64,000 bases of DNA from contig CAXXHG010000008.1 in the NCBI GenBank assembly GCA_963666315.2, positions 128,001 to 192,000 of the forward strand, read 5' to 3'. Shown here in pieces: positions 62,537 through 64,000 of the stretch. Both the position numbers and the translations under genes were made by a program. This stretch comes from Candidatus Binatia bacterium. Lineage in GTDB: Bacteria > Desulfobacterota > Binatia > Bin18. The notes beneath the pieces were generated by a model. The model saw only the letters and a list, made by a program, of their open reading frames with translations, searched no databases and had not been told where the DNA came from. How positions within the stretch are numbered: position 1 is the first letter of the stretch; each line of letters begins with the position of its first letter.

Positions 62537-64000
62537 GTGAAATTCTCCGAAATTGTACAGCAAACGCGAGAGTGGTTGCAGCGCGAAGGACGGGTGTCGT
62601 ATCGGGCGCTCAAGTTAGAGTTTGCGTTATCGGAAGAACACCTCGATGCTCTCAAGGAAGAGCTTATCGACATCCAGGAACTAGGCGTCGACAAAGACGG
62701 CAAAATGCTCGTCTGGACCGGCGACTGTGAAACATTACCCTCCTCCCAACCCCCAACCACCCAATCCCCAGCTACCTACGCCCCGCCCCATCTCGCCGAA
62801 CGCGTTCGTGCCGAGCAAGCAGCGATGGAGTCGCGCGGCGCAGCTGACGGCGAGCCCAAAACCATCACCGCCCTGTTTGCCGATCTCAAAGGTTCGATCG
62901 CCCTCATCGAAGGCTTAGACCCTGAAGACGCGAGAGCGATTATCGACCCAGCTTTACAGATCATGACGGACGCGGTGCATCGGTATGATGGGTATGTAGC
63001 CCAGGCGTTAGGCGACGGGATCTTTGCCCTGTTCGGTGCGCCGATTGCGCATGAAGATCATCCGCAACGGGCGCTGTATGCGGCGCTTCGGATGCAGGAA
63101 GAGATGCGGGGATACAGTGGCAGGTTGCGCTTAAGTGGCGGTGCCCCGCTGCAAATGAGGGTCGGTATAAATACGGGCGAAGTCGTGGTGCGGTCGATTC
63201 GCAAAGATGATCTCCATACCGATTATGGCCTTATTGGTCACTCCACGAATCTGGCGGCCCGGATGGAGCAAATGGCGAATCCCGGGTCGATTCTGGTCAC
63301 CGACTACACGCATAAACTCACGTACGGGTACTTTGCCTTCAAGGCTATAGGAGCGGCGGAGATTAAGGGCGTCGAAGAACCGCTCGACGTGTATGAGGTC
63401 TTAGGCGTTGGTCCGCTGCGCACGAAGCTCGATGTCGCCGCGCGTCGCGGGCTCACGCGATTCGTCGGGCGCCAGAGCGAAATGGTGCAACTCCAGCAGG
63501 CGTTACACCATGCCAACGCCGGACATGGGTAGATCGTGGGCGTGTTGGGAGAACCAGGGCTCGGCGAGTCCCGGCTGTTCTACGAGTTCAAGCTGAGTGC
63601 ACAGAGTGGCTGTCTGGTGCTCGAAGGCTTTCCGGTCTCGTACGGCAAAGCGTCGCCCTATCTGCCCGTGATCGATATGCTCAAGACGTACTTCCAGGTT
63701 GAGCCCCAGGATAACGAGCGGACCCGGCAGGAAAAGATTGCCGGGAAAGTGCTTATCCTGGATCGTAGTTTGGAGGACAGCTTGCCCTATCTGTTTTCCC
63801 TCCTGGGCAGTGAAGACCCACAGTCGTCGCTCTAACACATGGATCCCCGGATCCGGCGCCAGCGTACGTTTGAGGCCCTCAAGAAACTGTTTCTGCGGGA
63901 GAGTCTCAATCAGCCTCTGATCCTGATCTTTGAGGACCTGCACTGGATCGACACCGAAACCGAAGGCTTTCTCGATACACTCAGCGAGAGTGTCGCCTCG
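62537..64000 (+). pseudogene. Class III cyclase-STAND ATPase paralog with nonsense codons (runs off window)
   Basis: GTG 62537; LFADLKGS, GDGIFALFG, FVGR; TAG 63530-63532, Walker A reads GEPGLGES, TAA 63833-63835. Confidence 0.9.

Noticed and set aside
62126-63532. 468-aa monooxygenase-cyclase fusion
   Set aside because: Chance open frame across an LLM tail, an NtaA remnant and the cyclase leader; the cyclase starts at 62537.

Overview
GC-rich bacterial window dominated by accessory catabolic genes. It holds an N-methylglutamate-type methylamine cluster (glxBCD, sarcosine-oxidase delta/alpha), seven luciferase-like monooxygenases plus a remnant, Rieske oxygenases, two extradiol dioxygenases, HpaB- and HsaA-type flavin monooxygenases, a TfdA-type dioxygenase, amidohydrolases, IS256 and IS6, and five copies or remnants of a cyclase-STAND ATPase-TPR gene. 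The gene mix resembles Ca. Binatia/Tectomicrobia-like organisms (inference). Over 20 genes are broken by frameshifts, nonsense codons or deletions, several with microhomology junctions, suggesting ongoing erosion, although some frameshifts may be sequencing errors. The most notable hidden signals are: (1) an exported CLec/FGE-fold protein whose 3' end has the codon signature of a diversity-generating-retroelement variable repeat plus a GC-rich downstream hairpin, with no template repeat or RT seen in the window; (2) an identical 26-bp palindromic operator in front of two aromatic-catabolism operons 29 kb apart, both with a deleted lead Rieske gene; (3) a conserved leader shared by two cyclase-STAND paralogs. 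No rRNA, tRNA or CRISPR array was seen.
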